Shown: positions 20,177 through 28,617 of the stretch, one piece after another | How positions within the stretch are numbered: the first letter of the stretch is position 1 | Layout: the number at the start of each line of letters is the position of its first letter | From: an uncultured Candidatus Binatia bacterium | GTDB taxonomy: Bacteria; Desulfobacterota; Binatia; Bin18 | Direction: 5' to 3' | NCBI GenBank assembly: GCA_965247985.1 | Contig: OZ252051.1 | Coordinates: 252,240-316,239, forward strand | DNA: 64,000 bases | Program-made: the position numbers and the translations under genes | Notes under the pieces: generated by a model | What the model saw: the letters and a program-made list of their open reading frames with translations, nothing else | Databases searched by the model: none | Told to the model about the DNA's origin: nothing

Positions 20177-20413
20177 ATGAGCCTGAATATCAGAAATGAA
20201 GAGACCTGTCGGCTCGCTGGCGAACTCGCCCGGCTGACGAGTGAGACCATGACCGGTGCTATTACCGTTGCGTTACGCGACCGCTTGGCGTACGAGAAAC
20301 GCCGGCGCAGCGTGGAGGCCCGGGCTCAAAAGATTCACGCCATCGGCCAATATTGTGCCTCTCTATCTGAGGCCAGGGCCAGCGGCCGTAGAACACGGGG
20401 ATATGCTTTATGA
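20177..20413 (+). CDS. vapB: VapB-type antitoxin (Rv0623-like)
   Basis: MSLNIRNEETCRLAGELARLTSETMTGAITVALRDRLAYE matches this antitoxin family. Its stop abuts the vapC start. Confidence 0.75.
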   Translation: MSLNIRNEETCRLAGELARLTSETMTGAITVALRDRLAYEKRRRSVEARAQKIHAIGQYCASLSEARASGRRTRGYAL

Positions 20414-20431
20414 TGAGCGGGGCTTGCCCAG

Positions 20432-20777
20432 GTGATTATCGACACGTCGGCGATCCTGGCTGTCCTGTTCGCCGAGCCGGATACGGAACGCTACGAAAAA
20501 GCCATAGCCGCGGCCTCGCCTTGCCGGATGTCGGTCGCCAATCTGCTTGAAGCGTCAATCGTGGTCGAGAGTCGTGGCGACGGAGATCGAGTTGATACCG
20601 GTCACGCGTGAACAGGCCGCGGCCGCTCGTCAGGCGTGGCGACGCTTCGGCAAGGGCAATCATCCAGCAGCGTTGAATTTTGGAGACTGCTTCGCATATG
20701 CGCTCGCACAAACGAACCGCGAGCCTCTTCTGTTCAAGGGCGAGGATTTCGCCCGGACCGATGTCGAGGTGGCCTGA
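20432..20777 (+). pseudogene. vapC: VapC PIN-domain toxin with an internal deletion and frameshift
   Basis: GTG 20432 frame gives VIIDTSAILAVLFAEPDTERYEKAIAA...ESRGDGD, then stops. A different frame from about 20583 gives EIELIPVTREQAAAARQAWRRFGKGNHPAALNFGDCFAYALA...FKGEDFARTDVEVA. About 12 residues are missing at the junction. Confidence 0.6.
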
Positions 20778-20899
20778 CGCGCCTGATCGTGGGCCAGAAC
20801 CTCCCCCGACCCGAACCAGGCCGACGATCTGGAGTGGCTCCGGGCTCGTCCAAGACTCTTCGGAGGTAGTTTGTGTGGGCGGCTTCAATACCAACAAAA

Positions 20900-20921
20900 T
20901 AGTTCCGTAGGTCGGATTAGC
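20900..20921 (+). repeat. REP-like motif R3
   Basis: tagttccgtaggtcggattagc, followed by the partial palindrome gcgtaagccgac. Confidence 0.7.
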
Positions 20922-20968
20922 CTAGCGTAAGCCGACATTTCCGGCTAAGGCGAATCGCTGTCCCCTTG

Positions 20969-21205
20969 TCACGCCTCCTCATCTTCCAGTTCCGATTCCA
21001 GTAATTCCTCTTGTTCTTCGAGACGCACCTGGAGCGTACTCAGCGCTTCAAATACGGCACTCACCGCTTCCTGAAAGTCATCCTCGGCACTGACCACTCC
21101 GGCTGCCACGCGCTCTTCACAATCCCGACTCACCTCTGCAATGGACAGTTTGGCTGATTTCACTAAGCCGATCCATTGACCGATAATCGCAAGCGCATCT
21201 TCCAT
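20969..21205 (-). CDS. small acidic coiled-coil hypothetical protein (78 aa)
   Basis: Strong SD AAAGGAGG 8 nt upstream of ATG 21205. The remainder of the 304-aa track ORF overlaps the thiolase gene and is rejected. Confidence 0.5.
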   Translation of the reverse strand: MEDALAIIGQWIGLVKSAKLSIAEVSRDCEERVAAGVVSAEDDFQEAVSAVFEALSTLQVRLEEQEELLESELEDEEA

Positions 21206-21280
21206 CCGATCTGCCTCCTTTCTGCCTGCACCATCCCCTGGTAGACTAGGGTCCTCACATCTACAGGAAAGGGGAACAGT

Positions 21281-22483
21281 ATGCGACAGGTTGCACTCGT
21301 TGGAGCGGGGATGACGCACTTTGGCAAACATGTGGATCGCAGCATGAAAGATTTGGCCCGGGAGGCGATTGAAGGCGCCGTGCAATCGGCAGGGGTCAGC
21401 CCGCAGGATATTGAGGCCGCGGCCGTGGGGAATGCGGTGGCCGGCTTGATCACCGGACAGGAGTGTATCCGGGGGCAGGTCGTGCTGCGTGAGCTCGGCA
21501 TTGGGGGCATCCCGGTCATTAATACCGAAAATGCGTGTGCCAGCTCTTCCACCGCCTTTCATCTGGCCTGGCTCTACGTTGCGTCCGGGATGTATGACGT
21601 TGTGCTCGCGCTCGGGATGGAGAAGCTCTTTCATCCAGATAAGCAGCGGACGTTCCAGGCGATTGGCAGCGCAATCGATCTCGAGCAGGCCGAGACGTTT
21701 GCCAGAGAGATGAGCGGCGAGCAAAGCGCGGGAGCCGGTCAGTCCCGAAGCGTTTTTATGGATTACTATGCTAACCTCGCCCGGCAGCATATGCAGCGCT
21801 ACGGCACAACGCAGAAACAGTTCGCCCGCATCGCCGCCAAGAATCATACCAACGGGAGCTTGAATCCTCATGCCCAGTATCAAACCCGCCGCTCGGTCGA
21901 AGATGTGCTAGCAGCGCCACTCATTGCGGACCCGCTCACCCGCATGATGTGTTCTCCCATTGGCGATGGCGCAGCGGCTGTCCTCGTGACAACAGCCGAC
22001 AAAGCGCGCCAACTCACAACACAGCCGGTCTATGTCAAAGCTTCTACTTTGGGTTCAAGCAAGAAACACGATGCAGATACCCCTGGTATCGTCCCGTCAG
22101 TCGCCCACAAGGCATACGAGCAAGCTGGGCTTGGACCGGATGATCTCCAGGTTGTTGAGGCCCACGACGCCACTGCTCCAGCCGAGCTCCTTGTGTATGA
22201 GGAATTGGGTCTGTGCCAAGCCGGCGAGGGCGGGAAACTCATTGATGAGGGCGTGACACAGCTTGGTGGACGCTGCCCGGTCAATCCGAGTGGCGGTCTC
22301 CTCGCCAAAGGCCATCCGGTCGGTGCGACCGGAGTTGCCCAGATCTGTGAAATATTCTGGCAGCTCCGTGGCGAGGCCGGCGAGCGGCAGGTAGAGGGCG
22401 CAAAAGTGGGCCTGACCGAAAACGGCGGCGGCGTGCTTGGCGGCGAAAACGCGGCAGCGTCCATCCACGTGTTTAGCGTCTGA
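21281..22483 (+). CDS. thiolase-like protein (SCP-x / acetyl-CoA acetyltransferase-like)
   Basis: 400 aa with thiolase N- and C-terminal domains and active-site region NTENACASS. Confidence 0.85.
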   Translation: MRQVALVGAGMTHFGKHVDRSMKDLAREAIEGAVQSAGVSPQDIEAAAVGNAVAGLITGQECIRGQVVLRELGIGGIPVINTENACASSSTAFHLAWLYVASGMYDVVLALGMEKLFHPDKQRTFQAIGSAIDLEQAETFAREMSGEQSAGAGQSRSVFMDYYANLARQHMQRYGTTQKQFARIAAKNHTNGSLNPHAQYQTRRSVEDVLAAPLIADPLTRMMCSPIGDGAAAVLVTTADKARQLTTQPVYVKASTLGSSKKHDADTPGIVPSVAHKAYEQAGLGPDDLQVVEAHDATAPAELLVYEELGLCQAGEGGKLIDEGVTQLGGRCPVNPSGGLLAKGHPVGATGVAQICEIFWQLRGEAGERQVEGAKVGLTENGGGVLGGENAAASIHVFSV

Positions 22484-22490
22484 TCTCCAG

Positions 22491-22537
22491 ACAAAGAAAA
22501 AGGCCCGCAGGGGAAAGGAGGGGAAACCTGCGGGCCT
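22491..22537 (-). terminator. rho-independent terminator downstream of the porin gene (minus strand)
   Basis: 11-bp stem aggcccgcagg / cctgcgggcct with an A-run on the plus strand (U-tract on the minus transcript). Confidence 0.5.
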
Positions 22538-22724
22538 TGAATCATCGTCAGGACGGGGAGGACCTGACGATGATGACCTGAACACTATGACTGTGTGAAC
22601 ACTACAAACTGTAGCCGAGTCGAGCGGCTTTTGCAATATAAGTCATCCTGAATTAAATTTGTTTTATTTATAATGTGAACTTATAAGGCAGTCGTTCCAG
22701 CGCTGCCTTCGTTATCTTCAACTT

Positions 22725-24017
22725 TCAAAATAGGATTTGGGTCTGTACCCGGAGGCGATCGGCACTCGTACTCTTGCCTACAAATGGGTCTCCATCCAGG
22801 AAACTGTAATCCACCTGGAGTTTGACCCCGTGCCCGTACAGATAGTAATTAAATCCCCCCATGTATTCTCGCATATCCCCCGCCGTTCTGGGGTTGTTGG
22901 CAAACTGAAAGTCCACCCCGGAGACCCGGCCGGCGATTTCCAGTTTTTCCGTCAGATAATACCCAATCTGGCCGTAGTAGCCCCAGTCGTGGCCGATCTC
23001 GTTGAGGGCTTCGAGGTTATTACGGCGGTAATAGCTCGCAGCCTGAACACTGAGGCCCTGATAACGGAAGCCACCGTCGATGGTGACATTGGTCGTGCGG
23101 TCGCCGGGCATCACGTTCTGAAAGCGGGAGGCCTGATCGACCGGGTTAAATGCCGCCGCAATACCAATGGACAGCTGCGGTACGGAGGCCGGGGTCGGGG
23201 AGCTTTCCAGATAACCGTATGAATCAAGGAGGTCGTATTCCAAACGCCCTTGCCAGGCGACTTCTGCGCCAGCGTTCTGCTGTCCGCCCGCATCCAGTGC
23301 CCGAATACTGTTGGTGGCCAGCCCGTGGTAGGACAGCCGACCCACTTTCCCGCTCAGATGCAAGCCGATCGCCCGGTGTAAATTAAAGGCATAATCCGCT
23401 TCGGACAGGTCTGGGAACAGCAGATGGCCAGGGTGTGCGTAGAACTGACGGCTATAGGGCAGGAGAAAGCGACCGGCCTGCGCCTTCAGGTATGGGGAAT
23501 GGCTGTACTGCATCCACCAGTCGAGCAGGGTCGATCGGTTGCTGTTGCCGAACGTCGAGGCTTCATACTGGAAGAAATACTTCACCTTGGGATCAAAGAC
23601 CGTCCCGGAGAAGGCAAGGTGCGCCAGAGCCACGTCGAAATTATTTCTGCTTCTCCCCGTATCCGGCGCAGTCAAGGTATATCTGGCCTGAAGGAAGCCA
23701 TTGACGTTAAGCGAGAAGCGCCCATCTTTACTTCGGATGAAAAACCCATTGTCATACACATCTTCCGCGGCAAAGCCTTCCTTCCGGGTTCCGGCCGCGT
23801 ACCCAAAATCGACCCCCTGCTCGGCCCGCTCCTTTTCCTTTGCTTCGAGTTCCATCATGCGGCTCTCGAGGGCCTGCATGACCTTGTGTTGCTCAGCGAG
23901 TTGCTGACGCAACTCGCTGAGCTCACCTGCCAGCACCGGGGTAGCCAGGGTGCTGATAACAATTCCTGCAATGAGACGGACCTGTGCGACGAGGCCGCGC
24001 CTTCCTCTTCCTCTCAT
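22725..24017 (-). CDS. phosphate-selective porin O/P family outer-membrane protein
   Basis: 430 aa with a signal peptide, a coiled-coil and the OprO/P-type block FSLNVNGFLQARYT. Confidence 0.8.
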   Translation of the reverse strand: MRGRGRRGLVAQVRLIAGIVISTLATPVLAGELSELRQQLAEQHKVMQALESRMMELEAKEKERAEQGVDFGYAAGTRKEGFAAEDVYDNGFFIRSKDGRFSLNVNGFLQARYTLTAPDTGRSRNNFDVALAHLAFSGTVFDPKVKYFFQYEASTFGNSNRSTLLDWWMQYSHSPYLKAQAGRFLLPYSRQFYAHPGHLLFPDLSEADYAFNLHRAIGLHLSGKVGRLSYHGLATNSIRALDAGGQQNAGAEVAWQGRLEYDLLDSYGYLESSPTPASVPQLSIGIAAAFNPVDQASRFQNVMPGDRTTNVTIDGGFRYQGLSVQAASYYRRNNLEALNEIGHDWGYYGQIGYYLTEKLEIAGRVSGVDFQFANNPRTAGDMREYMGGFNYYLYGHGVKLQVDYSFLDGDPFVGKSTSADRLRVQTQILF

Positions 24018-24085
24018 ATATTTGTTCGCTCCTTCCTCTCATATATTTGTTCGCTCCTTCCTCTCATATACTTGTTCACTCCTTC
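24011..24085. repeat. three tandem 25-bp units, each containing the SD and start codon of the porin gene
   Basis: ctctcatatatttgttcgctccttc x2 plus one variant. The minus-strand reading of each unit is GAAGGAGCGAACAAATATATGAGAG. Confidence 0.9.
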
Positions 24086-24148
24086 TTTTCGACCGTGAGC
24101 GATCGCTTCTGAGTCGGGGAGGGGAGACGGCAAAATAGAAGCCGGATT

Positions 24149-24843
24149 TTGGGAGGACGTATGGACGACGAAGCATTCATAGCGGCACTACAGCTGAGCG
24201 ACTCCTTTTTTCCCGCCGGCACAGTCACCCTGTCTCACGGCCTGGAAACCTTTCTCAGCGACCAGTCCACGGCTCTCGACCTGTCTCAGCTCCTTCACAA
24301 TTATCTCGAACGGAAAATGACTCCCTGTGATCTCGTTGCCTATGCGCACGCTTATCGGGCCGCAGAAGAGGGAGACGTTGAGCGTTTGCATCAGATCGAT
24401 CGCTACTTGCATGTTTCGCTTCTGCCGCAAGAACTGCGTCAAGGCTCCGCACGTTCAGGCCGGGCGACGCTGGAAACACTGCGTCGCTTAGTCGAGGAGC
24501 CCCTCTTCCAGACATTTCTCGTTGGCATAGACGCGGGCAAGAGTGGCGTCATATACCCATTTGCCTGGGCCTCTTACACGTTCTGTGGCGCATCCCCCAA
24601 CGCAGAGGCGGCGCGATGCTGCTCTACACCTTTATGGTGAATTTTCTTGGTGCAGCCATCCGTTTGGGCTGTCTGGGGCATCGGGAAGCACAGAGGTTGC
24701 TCGTCAAATTCCGGCCTCATTTGATTCCACTCGTGGATCAAGCACTAGAGAGCCCACTCGAAGAGATCGGTACTTTTGTTCCGCTCGCAGATATCCGAGC
24801 GATGCAACATGCCCACTTAGCTGTCCGACTTTTTAGTAGCTAG
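24149..24843 (+). pseudogene. ureF: urease accessory protein UreF, -1 frameshift near 24611-24613, no other ure genes nearby
   Basis: N-part ALQLSDSFFPAGTVTLSHGLETF... (24149-24640) and C-part FLGAAIRLGCLGHREAQRLL...RLFSS (to 24843) are in different frames. One G appears to be missing in gaggcggcgcgatg. Confidence 0.6.
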
Positions 24844-24930
24844 AGCAACGCTATCCTGACTCCCCATTTGTCTTCACCAGGCTTGTCTGGAGGCTGGGCT
24901 ATGGAGTAAGATTCCACATTATTTTTCTGT

Positions 24931-25004
24931 GCCCCCGTAGCTCAGTAGGATAGAGCACCGGATTCCTAATCCGGGTGTCGTGCGTTCGAATCGCGCCGGG
25001 GGCA
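24931..25004 (+). tRNA. tRNA-Arg (anticodon CCU)
   Basis: Cloverleaf with acceptor stem GCCCCCG/CGGGGGC, anticodon loop UUCCUAA and T-loop TTCGAAT. Confidence 0.85.
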
Positions 25005-25038
25005 GTTTTCTTCTCAGCGCGGGATATGCGGGCTACAA

Positions 25039-26205
25039 ATGATGCGTGAAAGTCGGCGGATGCGGGAGGTACAGTCGCCGATCATTCCGGTGATTGGTGA
25101 ATTAATCCGCGCGAACCCCGGTACGGTTTCTCTGGGCCAAGGAGTCGCGTACTACGGCCCGCCGCCTGAGGCGCTGGAAGCGGTCCGCCAGTTTCAGGCT
25201 GAACCGGACAACCATAAATACAAACCCGTCCAAGGCATTGACCCGCTCTTAGAGATCATTCGCCACAAACTGTTGGAGGAGAACGGTATCGCGCTGAATG
25301 ATGCCCAGCGTATCGTGGTGACGGCCGGGGGCAATATGGCGTTCATGAATGCGCTGATGGCGATTACCGACCCCGGCGATCAAATTATTTTGCAACTGCC
25401 GTATTACTTCAACCATGAAATGGCGATTGGCATGGTCAATTGCGAGGCCGTGTGCGTACCGACCAACGCGCAGTACCAACTTCAACTTGAGACGATCAGA
25501 AACGCGATTACAGATCGCACGCGCGCCATTGTGACCGTGTCGCCAAACAATCCGGCCGGCGTGGTGTATTCGGAATCGGACCTGCGTGCGGTCAATGCGC
25601 TCTGTCGTGAGGCCGGCCTCTATCACATCAGCGACGAAGCGTATGAGTATTTCACCTACGATGGCGCAACCCATTTCTCGCCGGGATCAATTCCAGATAA
25701 CGGCGAGTATACGATCTCCCTGTACTCGCTGTCCAAAGCGTACGGATTTGCGAGCTGGCGCATCGGCTGGATGGTCACGCCCGACCACCTGTATACGGCG
25801 ATCAAAAAGGCCCAGGATACGATCCTGATCTGTCCGCCGGTTGTATCCCAATACGCCGCCGCGGCGGCCATGCGCGTCGGTGCGGCCTACTGTCGTGAAA
25901 AACTCAGGGCGATGACCGCGACACGCCGGGTCGTACAGAGTAGCCTGAACGAGTTGAGCGATCTGCTCACGCTGCCTCGGTCTGACGGCGCGTTCTACTT
26001 CCTGCTGCGGGTGCACACAGATATGGATGCCATGACGTTGACTGAGCGATTAATCCAAGAGCATCACGTCGCCGTGATTCCCAGTACGGCGTTCGGCGTA
26101 ACCGAGGGGTGCTATCTGCGCGTAGCCTACGGCGCGCTGAACGAAGAGGTGGCTGCCGAAGCCGGCGGGCGGCTTGCGCACGGGCTGCGTTGCATTGTGC
26201 AGTAG
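25039..26205 (+). CDS. class I/II PLP-dependent aminotransferase
   Basis: 388 aa with PLP-lysine region SLSKAYGFASWRIGW. Confidence 0.85.
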   Translation: MMRESRRMREVQSPIIPVIGELIRANPGTVSLGQGVAYYGPPPEALEAVRQFQAEPDNHKYKPVQGIDPLLEIIRHKLLEENGIALNDAQRIVVTAGGNMAFMNALMAITDPGDQIILQLPYYFNHEMAIGMVNCEAVCVPTNAQYQLQLETIRNAITDRTRAIVTVSPNNPAGVVYSESDLRAVNALCREAGLYHISDEAYEYFTYDGATHFSPGSIPDNGEYTISLYSLSKAYGFASWRIGWMVTPDHLYTAIKKAQDTILICPPVVSQYAAAAAMRVGAAYCREKLRAMTATRRVVQSSLNELSDLLTLPRSDGAFYFLLRVHTDMDAMTLTERLIQEHHVAVIPSTAFGVTEGCYLRVAYGALNEEVAAEAGGRLAHGLRCIVQ

Positions 26206-26370
26206 CAAGCTGGAACGGTCGCGCCATTCTTGAAGCGCTCAGGTGTTACGCTGCCCCTTCCCATCTCCGGAGCTTCAGCATCTTGTCTGTGGCGTGTTCT
26301 GGCAGACGGCTACCCTCTTGAGCCGCAGATTCCACCCGATATGTTGCGCCTAGACATTCTGATACCGTCA

Positions 26371-26418
26371 GCAGTATCGAGAATCTCAAATTGAATCAGA
26401 CGTTATTCTCGATACTGC
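26371..26418. repeat. palindromic repeat family 2, copy 1
   Basis: 14-bp perfect arms gcagtatcgagaat / attctcgatactgc around a 20-nt loop ctcaaattgaatcagacgtt. Confidence 0.85.
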
Positions 26419-26469
26419 GGTTGCTGCGTTTTGGAGTAAATCGAAAGATACGCGAGAGGACGTACTGTT

Positions 26470-27630
26470 ATGCGAGAAGGCTTTCATGTGATGGACAGTG
26501 ATCTCCACGTTATTGAAAACGGAGAGGTCTATGAGAAATATCTCGACGAGAAATACCGCGATAAGAAGCCCCGTTACCTGGGCTGGAGTCCAACCAATTT
26601 TCCGCACTGGGAGGTACAGGGACAGATGATCCCCCCCTGGGCTCAGTCCGCGGAAGTGGTGAAGGCCCAGGAATATCTCGACAAACCAACTGAGCATATC
26701 TACAAGTCAGTCCGCGAGCGGAAGTACGAGCCCGCTTCCACTCTTGAAGCCATGGACGCGGAGGGTATTGATGTCGGTATTGTCTACCGCACGTTTGCGC
26801 ACATGGTTGTTTCCATTGATGATCTGGAGCCAGCATATGCCACTGCCTACTGCGCCGCGTTTAACGATTGGCTGGCTGATTACTGTCAGACTGACCCACG
26901 GCGTCTCAAAGCTGCCGCTATTGTGTCATTACACGACCCCGAACTCGCCGCGGCAGAGGCGCAGCGAGCAGTGGAAGACAAAGGCCACGTTGCCGTCGTT
27001 CTTCTCCCCATGCCCTGCAACGGACGCTATTTCAACGCGCCTGAGTGTGATGTGCTGTGGAAAGAAATCGTCCGACTGAATGTGCCCTTGGCCTTTCATG
27101 GAACGAGCGGTGGGGCATCAAAAGATTACGCGACCAATCGGTATCGGGGCCATCCGAATTTCCGCACCCTGAACCATTCTTCCGCCTTTCCCATGGAGCT
27201 GATGCTTGCAATGGGCGCAATGACGGTGGGTGGTGTGCTTGAGCGCTTTCCTCATCTGCGAGTCGGTTTTCTGGAGGGCAATTGCGGCTGGCTACCGTGG
27301 TGGCTGGACCGTCTTGACGACCAGTGGGAGAAGTACGGCGGTGGCGAGGAAATCAAGCTCTCGGCTAAGCCGAGTGAATATTTTAAGCGTCAGTGCTTTA
27401 TTGGGACCGATGTCGATGAAGAGTTGTTGGCCGTCACGGTTGATAAAATCGGCGATGACAATATTGTCATGTCGGTCGATTATCCCCATGCCGACGGTCC
27501 GTTCCCGAACGGCATCAAAGAATTTCTGGAGCTGCCTGGGGTAGGCTTGGACTCCAAACGCAAAATTATGTGGAAAAACTGTCTCCGCTTGTACGATTTT
27601 GATGAAAAGAAGATGCTTACCGGAGATTGA
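26470..27630 (+). CDS. amidohydrolase-2 family metal-dependent hydrolase
   Basis: 386 aa TIM-barrel hydrolase pattern (ACMSD-like). Confidence 0.75.
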   Translation: MREGFHVMDSDLHVIENGEVYEKYLDEKYRDKKPRYLGWSPTNFPHWEVQGQMIPPWAQSAEVVKAQEYLDKPTEHIYKSVRERKYEPASTLEAMDAEGIDVGIVYRTFAHMVVSIDDLEPAYATAYCAAFNDWLADYCQTDPRRLKAAAIVSLHDPELAAAEAQRAVEDKGHVAVVLLPMPCNGRYFNAPECDVLWKEIVRLNVPLAFHGTSGGASKDYATNRYRGHPNFRTLNHSSAFPMELMLAMGAMTVGGVLERFPHLRVGFLEGNCGWLPWWLDRLDDQWEKYGGGEEIKLSAKPSEYFKRQCFIGTDVDEELLAVTVDKIGDDNIVMSVDYPHADGPFPNGIKEFLELPGVGLDSKRKIMWKNCLRLYDFDEKKMLTGD

Positions 27631-28563
27631 TTACGTAGGCTGTGGCATTCCAACCATGGCATAATGCTCAGGCGCGGCAGTCCGCGGGTCCTTATACATG
27701 ATGACCCGACAGGGTCCGCCAGTTGCCCCTTTTTCGCACACAATGGCTGGCCACGGCGCACCAATACGCTCGATGGGCATGATGGTATGCATAACGGCGA
27801 TATGCGCCTGATAGACTGAGACATCCCCATCCAGAAAAGAGATGGGATGCTGTTCTTTGACGAGGGCGAGACTGAGCGGTGGTTTGAGACAGCCTTGCCG
27901 AATCTGACGGCCACAACTCCCGCACGGATCTTGGAAGAGGGTAAATTTATCGTCGCTCTCTTCTATTCTGAGTGTGGCAAAATTCCCGAGCAAAAGGGCA
28001 ACCCAGCTCTGGAGCCGCTCTTTGGCATCTTGGGTAATGTCGTCCATCATCCAGGGCATCCAGCGCTTATCACTGCTGAAGCGGAGACACTGTTCGAGCT
28101 CATCGACGCCATATTCTCGGTAGACGTGGGACAGGAGGAGGGAGACCCATTCCCGATAGAGGTCATGCAGGTCTCGAAAACCCTTCTCCATATAGTCATA
28201 CAATTTTTTGACTTCCTCAACGTCGCCTTTGTCAATGAGCGCATTCATGCGGTCTGTGGCCGACTTGCTGCAGTTGAGGACTTCGCCAACGCTCATGTCG
28301 AGCTTAAGCGCTTCGGCAAGCACTGCACCAATCGGCGCCGCTTGGGCCAAACCCTCATGACCATGGGTCTCGTAAATGAATTCCTGCTCCGTGGCTACCC
28401 AGTGGTAATAAATATCATGAAAGGCGAGAAAGGCTTCTTCGAGCTCTGCATACTTCGCCTTAGCCTCTTCTCTGTCTCCGGTCTCAAGAGCCGAGTACAT
28501 CTGTTCACGCGGAGGACGGCACATTGCATCGAGCTCGTCTTGGGTAAAGAGCCGAGTTGTCAT
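27631..28563 (-). CDS. Cys-rich hypothetical protein, last gene of the glcDEF-like operon
   Basis: 310 aa with no recognised domain. C-terminal CGSCG and CEKGATGGPC motifs. Co-directional with and immediately downstream of the glcF-like gene. Confidence 0.5.
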   Translation of the reverse strand: MTTRLFTQDELDAMCRPPREQMYSALETGDREEAKAKYAELEEAFLAFHDIYYHWVATEQEFIYETHGHEGLAQAAPIGAVLAEALKLDMSVGEVLNCSKSATDRMNALIDKGDVEEVKKLYDYMEKGFRDLHDLYREWVSLLLSHVYREYGVDELEQCLRFSSDKRWMPWMMDDITQDAKERLQSWVALLLGNFATLRIEESDDKFTLFQDPCGSCGRQIRQGCLKPPLSLALVKEQHPISFLDGDVSVYQAHIAVMHTIMPIERIGAPWPAIVCEKGATGGPCRVIMYKDPRTAAPEHYAMVGMPQPT

Positions 28564-28617
28564 ATTTGCCCCCTTTATTGGTCGGATCTCTTGTTGATCT
28601 ATTCCCGATAGGGTTGA

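Noticed and set aside
17970-20921. Integron attC sites / cassette array
   Set aside because: No RYYYAAC / GTTRRRY core pairs could be identified in the motifs and there is no intI nearby. They are described as REP-like instead.
21206-21883. Upstream two-thirds of the 304-aa minus ORF
   Set aside because: Antisense to the thiolase gene. Only the distal 78 codons with the strong SD were kept.
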